From Candidatus Sysuiplasmataceae archaeon (GTDB taxonomy: Archaea > Thermoplasmatota > Thermoplasmata > Sysuiplasmatales > Sysuiplasmataceae): DNA of 64,000 bases. The notes under the pieces were generated by a model. That model saw only the letters and a list, made by a program, of their open reading frames with translations, was not told the DNA's origin and made no database searches. This document shows positions 9,867 through 19,281 of this stretch, piece after piece. A program made the translations under genes and the position numbers. The stretch covers positions 11,094-75,093 of the forward strand of contig JBJKPR010000056.1 in assembly GCA_046706185.1 (NCBI GenBank). Direction: 5' to 3'. How positions within the stretch are numbered: the first letter of the stretch is position 1; every line of letters begins with the position of its first letter.

Positions 9867-10922
9867 ATGAAAGACAGGGCAAAAGATGACGAAATACTAA
9901 GGCTGCTTCAGGATTCGGGCCTCACTGAGAATGAGGCGGCTGTCTACAAGTTCCTGGTCGAAAATGGGGGCGCAACAACAAAGGATCTTCTCAGGAAACT
10001 CAAGTTCAGGCAGCCACAGATTTACGACATTACAGCTGTCCTTGAAAGGAAGCACTTTCTGAATGTTCTGGAAAGCAGGCCGAAACGCTACCTGCCTGCC
10101 AACATGGAAGTAATACTGGACCAGAGGCTGAAGGACCTGAAAGACAACAGGGAGACACTGCTGAAATGGTCAGCTTCAAGTACTGGCGTAGAGACGAATC
10201 AGCCTGCGATGTGGCTCAGCAGGAACTGGGAGAGCTTCATCAACAATGCTGCAGAGATTGTCAGGAAGGCCAGGGACACACTATGCATCGAATCGACGCC
10301 TCCAATCATTAGGCAGCTTCAATCTGAACTGGGAGAGGGGCGAAGGAAAAGGGCCGACTCGGTGCTGCTTGTATACGGCATGTCGAGAAACAAGTATATG
10401 TCCGATTACCTGAAAAGCGACAAGAAGATATTCGATGAAATCAGGTACCTCAACCTTGGCCAATTCTTTGCTGTCATAGGCGATGCGGGAGGAGCGGCAT
10501 TCATGCCCAGGACAATCTCATTCAAGAATGCCGCGGAAAGATACGGCTATGTTTTCAGGGACAGCGATGTCGCATGGTTCCTGACGCACAATTTCTTCAA
10601 CGGCTGGTTCAAATCTGAAAGGCTGTATGCGAGACCGCTCGAGCTGCCGAAGAGGCATACAATGCAAAGGCTCGCGGTAAGTGACATGATACAGCTCAGG
10701 AGAGAAGACAGAAGCAAGAGACTGAACGTCACCGTTGAGGGCACTTCCAGGAAGGACGGTGAGAAGATCAATGTCACCGGGACGGTGACAGACATAATAG
10801 CCGCAGAAGACATAGTCAACTTCACCGTAGTATCAGATGGCAGAGAGTACGTAGTCGGCGGGTATGATGCCATAGTGGAAGATGTAGAAGCAGACTGGAT
10901 AGAAGTGAACAGCTTCTCCTGA
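9867..10922 (+). CDS. trmB: TrmB-family sugar-responsive transcriptional regulator
   Basis: N-terminal winged-HTH of TrmB type (LLQDSGLTENEAAVYKFLVENGGATTKDLLRKLKFRQPQIYDITAVLERKHFL) plus a C-terminal effector domain. Adjacent to the sugar ABC operon, as for Thermococcales TrmB. Confidence 0.7.
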   Translation: MKDRAKDDEILRLLQDSGLTENEAAVYKFLVENGGATTKDLLRKLKFRQPQIYDITAVLERKHFLNVLESRPKRYLPANMEVILDQRLKDLKDNRETLLKWSASSTGVETNQPAMWLSRNWESFINNAAEIVRKARDTLCIESTPPIIRQLQSELGEGRRKRADSVLLVYGMSRNKYMSDYLKSDKKIFDEIRYLNLGQFFAVIGDAGGAAFMPRTISFKNAAERYGYVFRDSDVAWFLTHNFFNGWFKSERLYARPLELPKRHTMQRLAVSDMIQLRREDRSKRLNVTVEGTSRKDGEKINVTGTVTDIIAAEDIVNFTVVSDGREYVVGGYDAIVEDVEADWIEVNSFS

Positions 10923-10936
10923 TTCACTTTCCGCCC

Positions 10937-12805
10937 CTACAGGCTTTCAGGACTACTGACAGTTATCTCTGCGCCGCCAGTTGTCCCTGCAGAGGCAACC
11001 ACGTCAAAGAGGGAACCGCGAACCTGGAGCCTCCGGATTGTGACGCATCCAACGGCAGGCTCCTTGAGCACCGGACTGCAGACAGGCAGTCCGTTCTCAA
11101 CCCTCAGGCCGACAAGACCGCGCAGGAGTGGATGTATGACCATGGCTGAAGACCATGCCTGAAGGTAGCACCCATCCGGACTCCCTGCAATCTCCGGAAT
11201 GGCACAGGGCATGAATTCGCCTACCCTGGCGATGTTGCGCATGTAGAAGCGTATGGAAGTGTCGATGTCGCCAAATGCTGCGGCGGCAATTGCCATCAGG
11301 CCGTTGAGAACGGGCATTGAGCTTGAGCCCTTCCCGTCGACCATCAGACCCTCCCCCGACTCCAGCATGCCAAGACCGCCATCCTCCGACACAAATCGCC
11401 TGTACTGTGACGCGCTTGCTATTCCTGCGGCAAACGGCGAGATAGAAGTCCAGTGTCCCTTGAAGACAGGAACGCCGTCGACGACTCTGTTGGCGAATGT
11501 TCCGAGTTCAGGCAGCCACATCTCCCTTTCGACGTAACGACGTGTTTCAGCTGAGAGCTTGTATATCTCATCCAGAGGTGCAGGGCTGACACGTTCCTCA
11601 GCCCCAAGAATGCGAAGAATTGCACTGAGAGACTGTGAACCTTCCACGAAGTGGCACATTGTATCTATCTCCTGAGCCCTTCCCCTCTCGCTGTCTTCCA
11701 TCGCCCCGGGCCCAACCATTTCCTGCGACACAACGTAGCGCAGAGCATTCAATGCATCACCAAGGTGCTCAATTGCGAAACGTTCGTCGCCTGTCCATTG
11801 CAGGTAACTGAGTAGAGCGGACGGGAACATTGCGCTTTCCTCGAGATCCCCCGGATTGTATACCCTGCCGTTCGTCACTATCTCATGAGGGATTCGGCCG
11901 CACTGCGCACGTGCATACCTTGCAAGCAGCTCCAGCGAGCCCCTGGCGCCATCGTGCTGACCTGTTTCAAGCATGGCATCGAGACAGTAAAAAGTGTCAA
12001 GCCCAAAGTACCATGGAAATTCGGGATGACCTGCCGTGATGCCGCGCCCGATGCCTGGCTGGTCATGCATCAGCCATGAAAGGTTGAGTTTTGACCAGTA
12101 GAACGCATCGTCTATCTCGCTGTTGCTGCAATCGAGCATTGTTGAAGACAGTACATCCAGATGAGTGCTGCGGGCTGATGAAACGATGGTTGCTGGAGAA
12201 TTAGGCTCTTCCGGGTTTTCCGTCGCGGTGATCAGCACAGCGCTCCCTTCCGAGAGGGGAGCGGACACTTTTCCCGGTAGGAGTGACAGGGTTGTGTTGA
12301 AGGGCAGCACACTGAATTTCAGCGCAGGATTTGAAAAGTCAATTGAGACGCGACGATCCGTCACATACGTGCTCCAGCTGGGCTCCCAGTCGCTGAACCA
12401 CACCGAAATCGGGCCAAGCTCGAGCTCAAGAACATACTGAGCCTGACCGCTGCAGCTGGACCTCAGCAGAATAAGATGGTCATCCGGCATCGACATTTCA
12501 ATGCTGCACCCTTCAAGACGGAAGATGCGGCTGTCCGGTCTGGTCTCGAATTGACTGACAACGGGGTGGATGCCATCCTTCAAAATGCGTATTGACTTCA
12601 GCAGCCTGACAGGCGGATACCAGAGACCATTCATTTCACCGGGACGGTGATATCCGAAGGAGCCGCTGGAGAGATCGGCAAGACCGGAATAATATCCCCT
12701 TGAATTCGATATTGAGAAACGACGCGGTCCGGGTGAACGCAGGACGTGAGAGCGGTAATCCTGTTCCGCATGTCCTCTGTCATCTCTGTGTAATGCTGAA
12801 GCCAT
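10937..12805 (-). CDS. Glycoside hydrolase, (alpha/alpha)6-barrel GDE_C / amylo-alpha-1,6-glucosidase-like (paralog 2)
   Basis: GRGITAGHPEFPWYFGLDTFY motif shared with the upstream paralog. 622 aa. Last gene of the sugar operon. Confidence 0.55.
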   Translation of the reverse strand: MASALHRDDRGHAEQDYRSHVLRSPGPRRFSISNSRGYYSGLADLSSGSFGYHRPGEMNGLWYPPVRLLKSIRILKDGIHPVVSQFETRPDSRIFRLEGCSIEMSMPDDHLILLRSSCSGQAQYVLELELGPISVWFSDWEPSWSTYVTDRRVSIDFSNPALKFSVLPFNTTLSLLPGKVSAPLSEGSAVLITATENPEEPNSPATIVSSARSTHLDVLSSTMLDCSNSEIDDAFYWSKLNLSWLMHDQPGIGRGITAGHPEFPWYFGLDTFYCLDAMLETGQHDGARGSLELLARYARAQCGRIPHEIVTNGRVYNPGDLEESAMFPSALLSYLQWTGDERFAIEHLGDALNALRYVVSQEMVGPGAMEDSERGRAQEIDTMCHFVEGSQSLSAILRILGAEERVSPAPLDEIYKLSAETRRYVEREMWLPELGTFANRVVDGVPVFKGHWTSISPFAAGIASASQYRRFVSEDGGLGMLESGEGLMVDGKGSSSMPVLNGLMAIAAAAFGDIDTSIRFYMRNIARVGEFMPCAIPEIAGSPDGCYLQAWSSAMVIHPLLRGLVGLRVENGLPVCSPVLKEPAVGCVTIRRLQVRGSLFDVVASAGTTGGAEITVSSPESL

Positions 12806-14729
12806 CTGGTTTTACCCGTATATCGAAATGGAGGCCCTGATATTCTACATTGAGCATTTCCATGCTTTTCCATCCTTCGGGCAGCCTCGGCCTGCAGGAT
12901 GACAGTCCCTCCTTTCCGCTGTTGCCGTCAGGCTTCAGGCCGAAGAGAGCCTCAACGATGCACTGCACAAAGAGGGATGACGACCACCCCTGTGCGAACT
13001 GTCCTGTCGCCTGGACATATTCGGAATGGTAGACCTCGTTTATTCTGCCAGGATCGGGGCTCGAAAACGAAAGCATGGGAAAGGAACGAAGAGCGCTGAA
13101 CCCAATGTCAGGCATGTCGTTGTTGTATGCTGCGAGGACGAACCATCCGGTCATGAGAGGCCATACCTGGCCCGTGTGGTATCCCCTGTCATACATCGGA
13201 TCAAGAGATGACATGGATCGGATGCCCCATCGTACGAGCATGTCCTCCCCTGACAGAAAGCGGACAAGTTTCTCATATCTGCGCCCTCTCCCATACATGG
13301 CCGGTACAATCTCCATCGCGTTCTTTATTAGCCGCAGTTTGCCGTCCTTCTGTGAATCTATCACCTCAAACTGGTTATCATCTCCCTGGAAGAATACGCT
13401 GCTGAAGCTCGACATTGTCTTTCGCAGCAGCTCTACGTCGGAGCCGGTCATGACCGAGTACTCTTTCAGTGCCTCGAGCCACCATGCGTTCACATCAATG
13501 CAGGTGCCGTCTCTCCTGTCGGCCCACGACTCCGGCCAGCCGATAAGCCCCTCGGAAAACCTGTTCTCCATGAGACCGTCGCCGTCCCTGTCACATGATT
13601 TGCAGAACTCAATTGCACTCCTGATATCGGAGAGAGGCGGAGGAATTCCCGTCCATCGGGAAATGTTCAATTCAGCGAGGACCCAGAGCGGAGTACTGTC
13701 TATTGACATGTATTTTGTCTCCAGCTCATGCCCGCCCAGCTTGTAGGTGCCGTTGTTTCCACTGTCTTCTATCAGGGGCAGCTCATGCGGCATTCTTCCA
13801 TCCCGTGATGCAAGGTGCAGCGTCCTGAGATGCTCCCTTGCGAACTCGTGCAGCCCGCATTCGGCAGCTGCCATGCTCATCCACTCCCCGTCGCGACCGA
13901 AGAACCATGAAAACTCGGGGAACCCGGCGTAAAAACCGTTTCCGATCTCTGTTTCGCTGTAGAATTCAAGCAAATCATGCTTTGCCCAGAAGAAGGCCTT
14001 GTTGAACATGAAGTCTGGAGTTTTCAGAACACACATCTCAGATATCCTGCTGTGATAGCCCGCCTGTTTCTTCAGGTCAAAGTCACCTTCTGTTGAACTG
14101 CCGTCACATACAAACAGTATTGCTTCAGTGCATTGCGGGAAGGTAACGGTTACGTTCCTCCCGTCGAAAGTCACTCCTGCGTCTTTTCCCCTTGCTGCAA
14201 GCCTCGTCGAAGAAAGACTGCTTTTTACAATATAGGATGAGCCGTCCCTCACTAGTTCATAATTCTCTGCCGTTTCCTCTACTGGCCACATTGTTGCATG
14301 GCTTGCCTGTAGCCTGAATATGACATCGTGCGACCCATCTGATTTGACTGCAATGCAGAGGCCGGGGATATCAAACTGTACGAAATCGATTCGTTCCACA
14401 TTATCGTATTCCCTGTAGGTGTAGTGTGGCCTTCTCACATATTTCCTGAACATGGCATCAGAGTGCTTGTCGTCAATCTGCATTGTCAGGGAAGCAAAGT
14501 GTTGCCTTCCTCCTTCCCAGAAGCCTGTTCTGAACCTCCCGGATGGGGCTGTTGACATGTTTCCGTTCTGAAGAACAATCAGGTGCGCCTTCTTTCCCTT
14601 TATCAGGGAAAGATTGTCAGGGCCGAAACCGACCGCCCCCCGAAGCACGACCCATGCGTCCATTCGTCTTCTGTTGTCACGTCCACTGATGCCCCTGCAA
14701 GCATTGAACTCGTTTTCAGGAAAATCCAA
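12780..14729 (-). CDS. Glycoside hydrolase, (alpha/alpha)6-barrel GDE_C / amylo-alpha-1,6-glucosidase-like (paralog 1)
   Basis: GFYAGFPEFSWFFGRDGEWMSMAAAECG motif. 649 aa. Overlaps the downstream paralog by 26 bp. Confidence 0.55.
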   Translation of the reverse strand: MDFPENEFNACRGISGRDNRRRMDAWVVLRGAVGFGPDNLSLIKGKKAHLIVLQNGNMSTAPSGRFRTGFWEGGRQHFASLTMQIDDKHSDAMFRKYVRRPHYTYREYDNVERIDFVQFDIPGLCIAVKSDGSHDVIFRLQASHATMWPVEETAENYELVRDGSSYIVKSSLSSTRLAARGKDAGVTFDGRNVTVTFPQCTEAILFVCDGSSTEGDFDLKKQAGYHSRISEMCVLKTPDFMFNKAFFWAKHDLLEFYSETEIGNGFYAGFPEFSWFFGRDGEWMSMAAAECGLHEFAREHLRTLHLASRDGRMPHELPLIEDSGNNGTYKLGGHELETKYMSIDSTPLWVLAELNISRWTGIPPPLSDIRSAIEFCKSCDRDGDGLMENRFSEGLIGWPESWADRRDGTCIDVNAWWLEALKEYSVMTGSDVELLRKTMSSFSSVFFQGDDNQFEVIDSQKDGKLRLIKNAMEIVPAMYGRGRRYEKLVRFLSGEDMLVRWGIRSMSSLDPMYDRGYHTGQVWPLMTGWFVLAAYNNDMPDIGFSALRSFPMLSFSSPDPGRINEVYHSEYVQATGQFAQGWSSSLFVQCIVEALFGLKPDGNSGKEGLSSCRPRLPEGWKSMEMLNVEYQGLHFDIRVKPDGFSITQR

Positions 14730-14759
14730 CAGGAAGCACCTCCAATGATGGCATAGCAG

Positions 14760-15875
14760 TCATGTAATCACTCCATCCGCGTCTGTCCTTATCCTTTCGC
14801 CGCTCACAGGATCAAAAACAAAAAGCCTTTCCCTGACAAGTGAAAAACGGACTTTCTCTCCCTGCCCTGATTCCAGAAGGTGTTCGTTGCTGCTTGCTCT
14901 CAGCAACCTTGCCACACAATTCTTGCTCCCTATGCCGAAGTGTACATTCATCTCCGCTCCGAGAAGTTCGGCGTAACTGAGCCTCCCTTCAATCTTCCCC
15001 GCTTCATCGACCTCTAGATCGGTTGGTCTGAAACCTAACATGACAGAAGCGGGAAGATTTCCTTTTGCTGATTCTATGATCAGGTCCCCCCCGTCAGAGT
15101 CTTCGAAGGAGGCAGCATAGGCGCCCGGTCTTTCCTTTGCCAGTCTCGCAGGAACCAGATTCATCGGAGGATTGCCTAAGAACCCTGCGACAAACATGTG
15201 TGCAGGATCATCAAAAAGCTCCTTTGGCCTGGCAACCTGTATCACTTTTCCGCCGTTCATAACCACAATTCTGTCTCCGAGAGTCATGGCCTCAATCTGA
15301 TCGTGTGTGACATAGATTATTGACTTTTTGGTCAGTCGCTGGAACCGTTTCATCTCGTCACGCATCTCATTCCTGAGCTTCGCATCCAGGTTGGACAGAG
15401 GCTCATCCATCAGGAAGGCCGACGGTTCTCTGACCATTGCTCTGGCGAGACCGACCCTCTGCGCCTGGCCTCCTGACAGTTGCCTTGGTCGCTTGTTGAG
15501 CAGTTCGGATATCTGGAGGACCGAAGCCACTTCCCTTACTTTCCTGTCTATAACCTCTTTTGGAAGCTTTTTCATCTTCATGTTCAGAGCAATGTTGTCA
15601 TATACTGTCATGTGAGGGTAAAGCGCATAGTTCTGGAATACCATTGAAATGTTCCTGTCCGAAGGGTAGACACCGTTCATCCTCTTGCCATCGATGTAGA
15701 CCTCCCCCGATGTAGGCTCAAGAAGCCCTGCAATGCATCTGAGTGCGGTCGTTTTGCCGCACCCTGAAGGACCAAGTATTACCAGAAACTCGCCGGATTC
15801 AGCACTGAAGCTAATCCCTTTCAGTGCCTGAACCTGCCCAAAAGAGACCCTGAGATCCTTGATTTCGACGCTCAT
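14760..15875 (-). CDS. malK: Sugar ABC transporter ATP-binding protein (MalK/UgpC family)
   Basis: Walker A GPSGCGKTT. LSGGQAQRVGLARA. FLMDEPLSNLD. C-terminal regulatory/TOBE domain. Confidence 0.85.
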   Translation of the reverse strand: MSVEIKDLRVSFGQVQALKGISFSAESGEFLVILGPSGCGKTTALRCIAGLLEPTSGEVYIDGKRMNGVYPSDRNISMVFQNYALYPHMTVYDNIALNMKMKKLPKEVIDRKVREVASVLQISELLNKRPRQLSGGQAQRVGLARAMVREPSAFLMDEPLSNLDAKLRNEMRDEMKRFQRLTKKSIIYVTHDQIEAMTLGDRIVVMNGGKVIQVARPKELFDDPAHMFVAGFLGNPPMNLVPARLAKERPGAYAASFEDSDGGDLIIESAKGNLPASVMLGFRPTDLEVDEAGKIEGRLSYAELLGAEMNVHFGIGSKNCVARLLRASSNEHLLESGQGEKVRFSLVRERLFVFDPVSGERIRTDADGVIT

Positions 15876-15877
15876 GC

Positions 15878-16723
15878 CTACCCCTTTATTCCTGAAGAGA
15901 GAGCAATGCCCCTGACAAAATACCGTTCAAACACGAGGTAAATGACGAAAGTGGGCAGAAGAGAAAGCATGGTCGCCATCATCATCTGCGTCCAGATGAT
16001 CTGTGTGCCGTTGGCTCCTTTGAAAAGCGACAGTGCAACAGGGAGTGTCCACATGTTTGAGCTAGATGTATCCCACAAGGGCCAGAGAAAGTTGTTCCAC
16101 GACCCTATGAATGTGAGTATTGCGCTCGCTGCAAAGGCGGGCCTGGCCAGCGGAGCCGAAATCTTTGCGAATATCTGGAACGGCCTGAGACCGTCGATCT
16201 TGGCCGCGTCCTCTATTTCAGACGGTATTGTCTGAAAGTACTGCCTGAAAAGGAAGACGCTCACAGCGCTTGCAATCTGTGGCAGTATGAGGCTCTGGTA
16301 GGTGTTAACCCACGCTATGTCTACCATGAAGATGTATTCAGCTATAGTAATGACAGGGAATGGTATCATGAGAGTTGCAAGAACAACGTAGAAGAGTAAT
16401 TCCCTTCCCCTGAAGTGCAGGCGTGCAAAGGCATACCCCGAAAGTGAACCAATTGTGACGCTCCCAGCAACGACTGCAAACGCGACGACCACGCTGTTGA
16501 AATACCAAAGCGGAAAGGACGATACACCGTAGTTCCACACAGTGTTGAACGTTGACATGAAATAGGCAATAGAGGTGCCTGAGACGGGGTCAAGATTTGT
16601 TGGAAATTCAGCGAATGCGCTAAAACGGAAAGTCTTAAGAACCATCCAGTAAAAAGGGACAATGTATATCACGACAACAATGAGCATCAGAAGCTGAATG
16701 AGTAAGCCCCTTATCCTTCCCAT
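15878..16723 (-). CDS. Carbohydrate ABC transporter permease (MalG-like)
   Basis: Six TM segments with an EAA-like loop (IDGLRPFQIFAKISAPLARPA). Start set to the Met at 16723; the ORF track extends to 16855. Confidence 0.7.
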   Translation of the reverse strand: MGRIRGLLIQLLMLIVVVIYIVPFYWMVLKTFRFSAFAEFPTNLDPVSGTSIAYFMSTFNTVWNYGVSSFPLWYFNSVVVAFAVVAGSVTIGSLSGYAFARLHFRGRELLFYVVLATLMIPFPVITIAEYIFMVDIAWVNTYQSLILPQIASAVSVFLFRQYFQTIPSEIEDAAKIDGLRPFQIFAKISAPLARPAFAASAILTFIGSWNNFLWPLWDTSSSNMWTLPVALSLFKGANGTQIIWTQMMMATMLSLLPTFVIYLVFERYFVRGIALSSGIKG

Positions 16724-16948
16724 TCGGAATATTGCCGGAACACTCGCATCATCTTCGACTTCGCCGCGTGTGAACCTACGCAAAACAGAACCGGCATTTC
16801 TGGTTAAGCGACCTTCCTCGCCAACCGTGCTTGGGGTATCATCCACCGTTACCACTCCCTTGCCTGCATGTCTCCATGTCCCCGGACCGCTGCTTTCTTG
16901 GCGGCGGTGACAAGCGGGGCACCGCCCTTCCGACAGCTGACCTGCCTG

Positions 16949-17881
16949 TCACGTCCATGCAAGATCCCTCAGGAAGTTTCTCTGTGTAATTGTCAGGACC
17001 ATGATAATAGCGAAAATTATAAACGATGCGCCCGCAGCGAGACCCTGCGCAGAACCCTGGTTGTTAAACGCGTAGTTGTAGATAAGCATTAGAGGAACCA
17101 GTGTAGCGTTGGCGGGTCCGCCCAGCGTCATGACATATACCTGATCAAAAAGCTGGATGCACCCTATGAGACCAAGGAGGACAACAAGCGTGGTGGTGAA
17201 TTTGAGCAGGGGGAAATAGATATATCTGAACCTGTGCCAGCTCGACCGGACACCGTCCAGGCTTGCTGCCTCGAGTACTGAGTTGGGTATTGCCTGGATT
17301 CCGGCCATGTAGAAGAGCATGAAATAAGGGGCGGTGGAATAGATGTTGAGTGCCATGATTGCAGGAAATGCAAGTGTTGTATTGTAGAGGTAATTGAGAT
17401 TGTGAGGAAGGCCAAGGTAGAGCAGTAACGTGTTTGCCAGGCCCGAAGGCGAGAATACCCAGATGAAAATGAGGGACATGGCCACTGGCGATGATATGGC
17501 AGGGAGGTACACAAGTGCCCTTCCTATCCTGGATGCAGGCAACCTGTTGTTGAACAACAGGGCGAGGAAGAACCCCAGGAAGGTCTGAGCTGTGACAACC
17601 ACTGCAGTATAGTAGAAGACATTGGCGATGGAATAGAGGAAGAGGCCGTTGTTTATCACCCGCACGTAGTTGCTGAAACCAACAAAGTACACTGAATGGC
17701 CAAACGGGTCGTAATGGAAAAGACTGATGTAAAAGGAGAAGAAAGCTGGAAAGAAGGTAAATACAATCAAAAAAGCAAAGAGTGGAGCAATGAACAGGTA
17801 TCCTGCCCTGCTCTCAACTCTCTGGTTAAGGCTCTTATACTGTTTCTGGCGCATCAGGTCTGCGAACACGGTACATGCCAC
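16949..17881 (-). CDS. Carbohydrate ABC transporter permease (MalF-like)
   Basis: Multi-TM protein with an EAA loop (EAASLDGVRSSWHRFRYIYFPLLK). Confidence 0.7.
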   Translation of the reverse strand: MACTVFADLMRQKQYKSLNQRVESRAGYLFIAPLFAFLIVFTFFPAFFSFYISLFHYDPFGHSVYFVGFSNYVRVINNGLFLYSIANVFYYTAVVVTAQTFLGFFLALLFNNRLPASRIGRALVYLPAISSPVAMSLIFIWVFSPSGLANTLLLYLGLPHNLNYLYNTTLAFPAIMALNIYSTAPYFMLFYMAGIQAIPNSVLEAASLDGVRSSWHRFRYIYFPLLKFTTTLVVLLGLIGCIQLFDQVYVMTLGGPANATLVPLMLIYNYAFNNQGSAQGLAAGASFIIFAIIMVLTITQRNFLRDLAWT

Positions 17882-17926
17882 CGCTCCTCTGACTCAAGTC
17901 ACTGGCTGCATTACTCCATCCACGGT

Positions 17927-19243
17927 TCACAGAGATGATGAACCTGCCAGTGTGCTATTCGTCTCTGACAGTATCTGCTGATATGCCTGAACAGGCGTCG
18001 CCTTGCCCGCAAACAAATTGGCGATTATCGTTTCGGCATTGCTCTCTGCTGCGGTGAAGTTTGTTGTATTATATGCCCAGCCATAGGTGTACGATGCCTG
18101 TGATGATCCGGCGTAGGCAAGTATGGGATGCGCTGCTGCGTACGAGCTGCTATCAAGTATGCTTGTCCTGGCAGGGAGCGCAAGACCAAGGCTCACCCAT
18201 GACTGCTCTCCCGAGGGGCCGGTGAAGTACTCCAGGAACTGAAGGGCGATCCACTTCTGCAGACCGGTCAGTTTGCTGTTAAGTGCAAGGCCGACGTCGA
18301 AACCCATCGTGCCGTTCTGAACATCAGATGGCATGTGGAAGTAGCCAATTTCCGAGCTCCTGTTCTGGAACCACGAACCGTTCAGGGACAGCACCGGGAC
18401 CGTCCAGCCGCCGCTGTAAATCATAGCTACCTTTCCTGTCGCAAAGTCGCCGCCGGCCCAGCCGGCAGAAAGGTTGGCAGACAGGGCAGCATACCCTTTG
18501 GTGTAGAGGCTGTAGTAGAACTTTATTGCCGAAAGCAGTCCTCCATTGTTTGAAGCTGCGCCAGTTCCATTCTGATTGATCCATTCAGCGCCTGCCTCAT
18601 GCATCAGAGGAAGCACCCTTGCAAATGATGTGTCAACTACCATCGGGTAATACCCACTCCCGCCGTTTGGAAGCACGCTCTGGTTTGCCTTAAGCTGCTG
18701 TAGGGTGGATTCCATGGTAGTCCAGTTCCAGGCGGTCAGGTTGTTGGGGTAAGGGACATGCTCCTGGTTGAATATCGCCTTGTTGTAGTATACGAACAGG
18801 GGTCCCCAGTCCTTGGGGGCGGCGTAAACGCTACCCTTGTAGTAGAATGTATGAAGTATGGTCGGCACAAAGCCGGAAAGGTCATAGGAGGTGTTGGCAG
18901 TCAGATAGGGCGTCAGGTCCATTATGTATCCGTTCTTGGCATAAGCAGGCAGTGCATCGTTCTCCATATAGAATACCGCGGGTGCCGTGTTAGCTGTGAA
19001 CTTGGTTGAAAGTGTCGAGTAGTAGTTGCCGGTGATTGGACTGAACTCAACAGTCACATTTGGATGTAATGCGTTGAATTGGTCCACCATTTTCTTGTCA
19101 AATGTGTACTCTGCGCCGCTCGAGACCCAGCCTGAAAAAACGATTGAAGGCTTCTTAGACTGAGTAAGGTACACCACAGTCGCTGCGCCTGCCACTACCA
19201 CAACAATAACAATAGCAATAACTGCAATGGTCTTTCCCTTCAT
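17927..19243 (-). CDS. Extracellular solute-binding protein, family 1 (sugar-binding), N-terminal TM anchor
   Basis: N-terminal hydrophobic anchor MKGKTIAVIAIVIVVVVAGAA followed by a typical SBP_bac_1-like sequence. First gene of the operon. Confidence 0.7.
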   Translation of the reverse strand: MKGKTIAVIAIVIVVVVAGAATVVYLTQSKKPSIVFSGWVSSGAEYTFDKKMVDQFNALHPNVTVEFSPITGNYYSTLSTKFTANTAPAVFYMENDALPAYAKNGYIMDLTPYLTANTSYDLSGFVPTILHTFYYKGSVYAAPKDWGPLFVYYNKAIFNQEHVPYPNNLTAWNWTTMESTLQQLKANQSVLPNGGSGYYPMVVDTSFARVLPLMHEAGAEWINQNGTGAASNNGGLLSAIKFYYSLYTKGYAALSANLSAGWAGGDFATGKVAMIYSGGWTVPVLSLNGSWFQNRSSEIGYFHMPSDVQNGTMGFDVGLALNSKLTGLQKWIALQFLEYFTGPSGEQSWVSLGLALPARTSILDSSSYAAAHPILAYAGSSQASYTYGWAYNTTNFTAAESNAETIIANLFAGKATPVQAYQQILSETNSTLAGSSSL

Positions 19244-19259
19244 TTTCCTCTCCTCATAG

Positions 19260-19281
19260 TATACTAACGCTGATTAGTATA
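19260..19281. promoter_or_regulatory. Palindrome TATACTAA-N6-TTAGTATA between the predicted TATA box (19305-19312 on minus) and the SBP start codon; candidate TrmB operator
   Basis: Perfect 8-bp inverted arms read from the sequence. Located 17-38 nt upstream of the SBP ATG (19243) and downstream of TTTATA. Confidence 0.35.
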
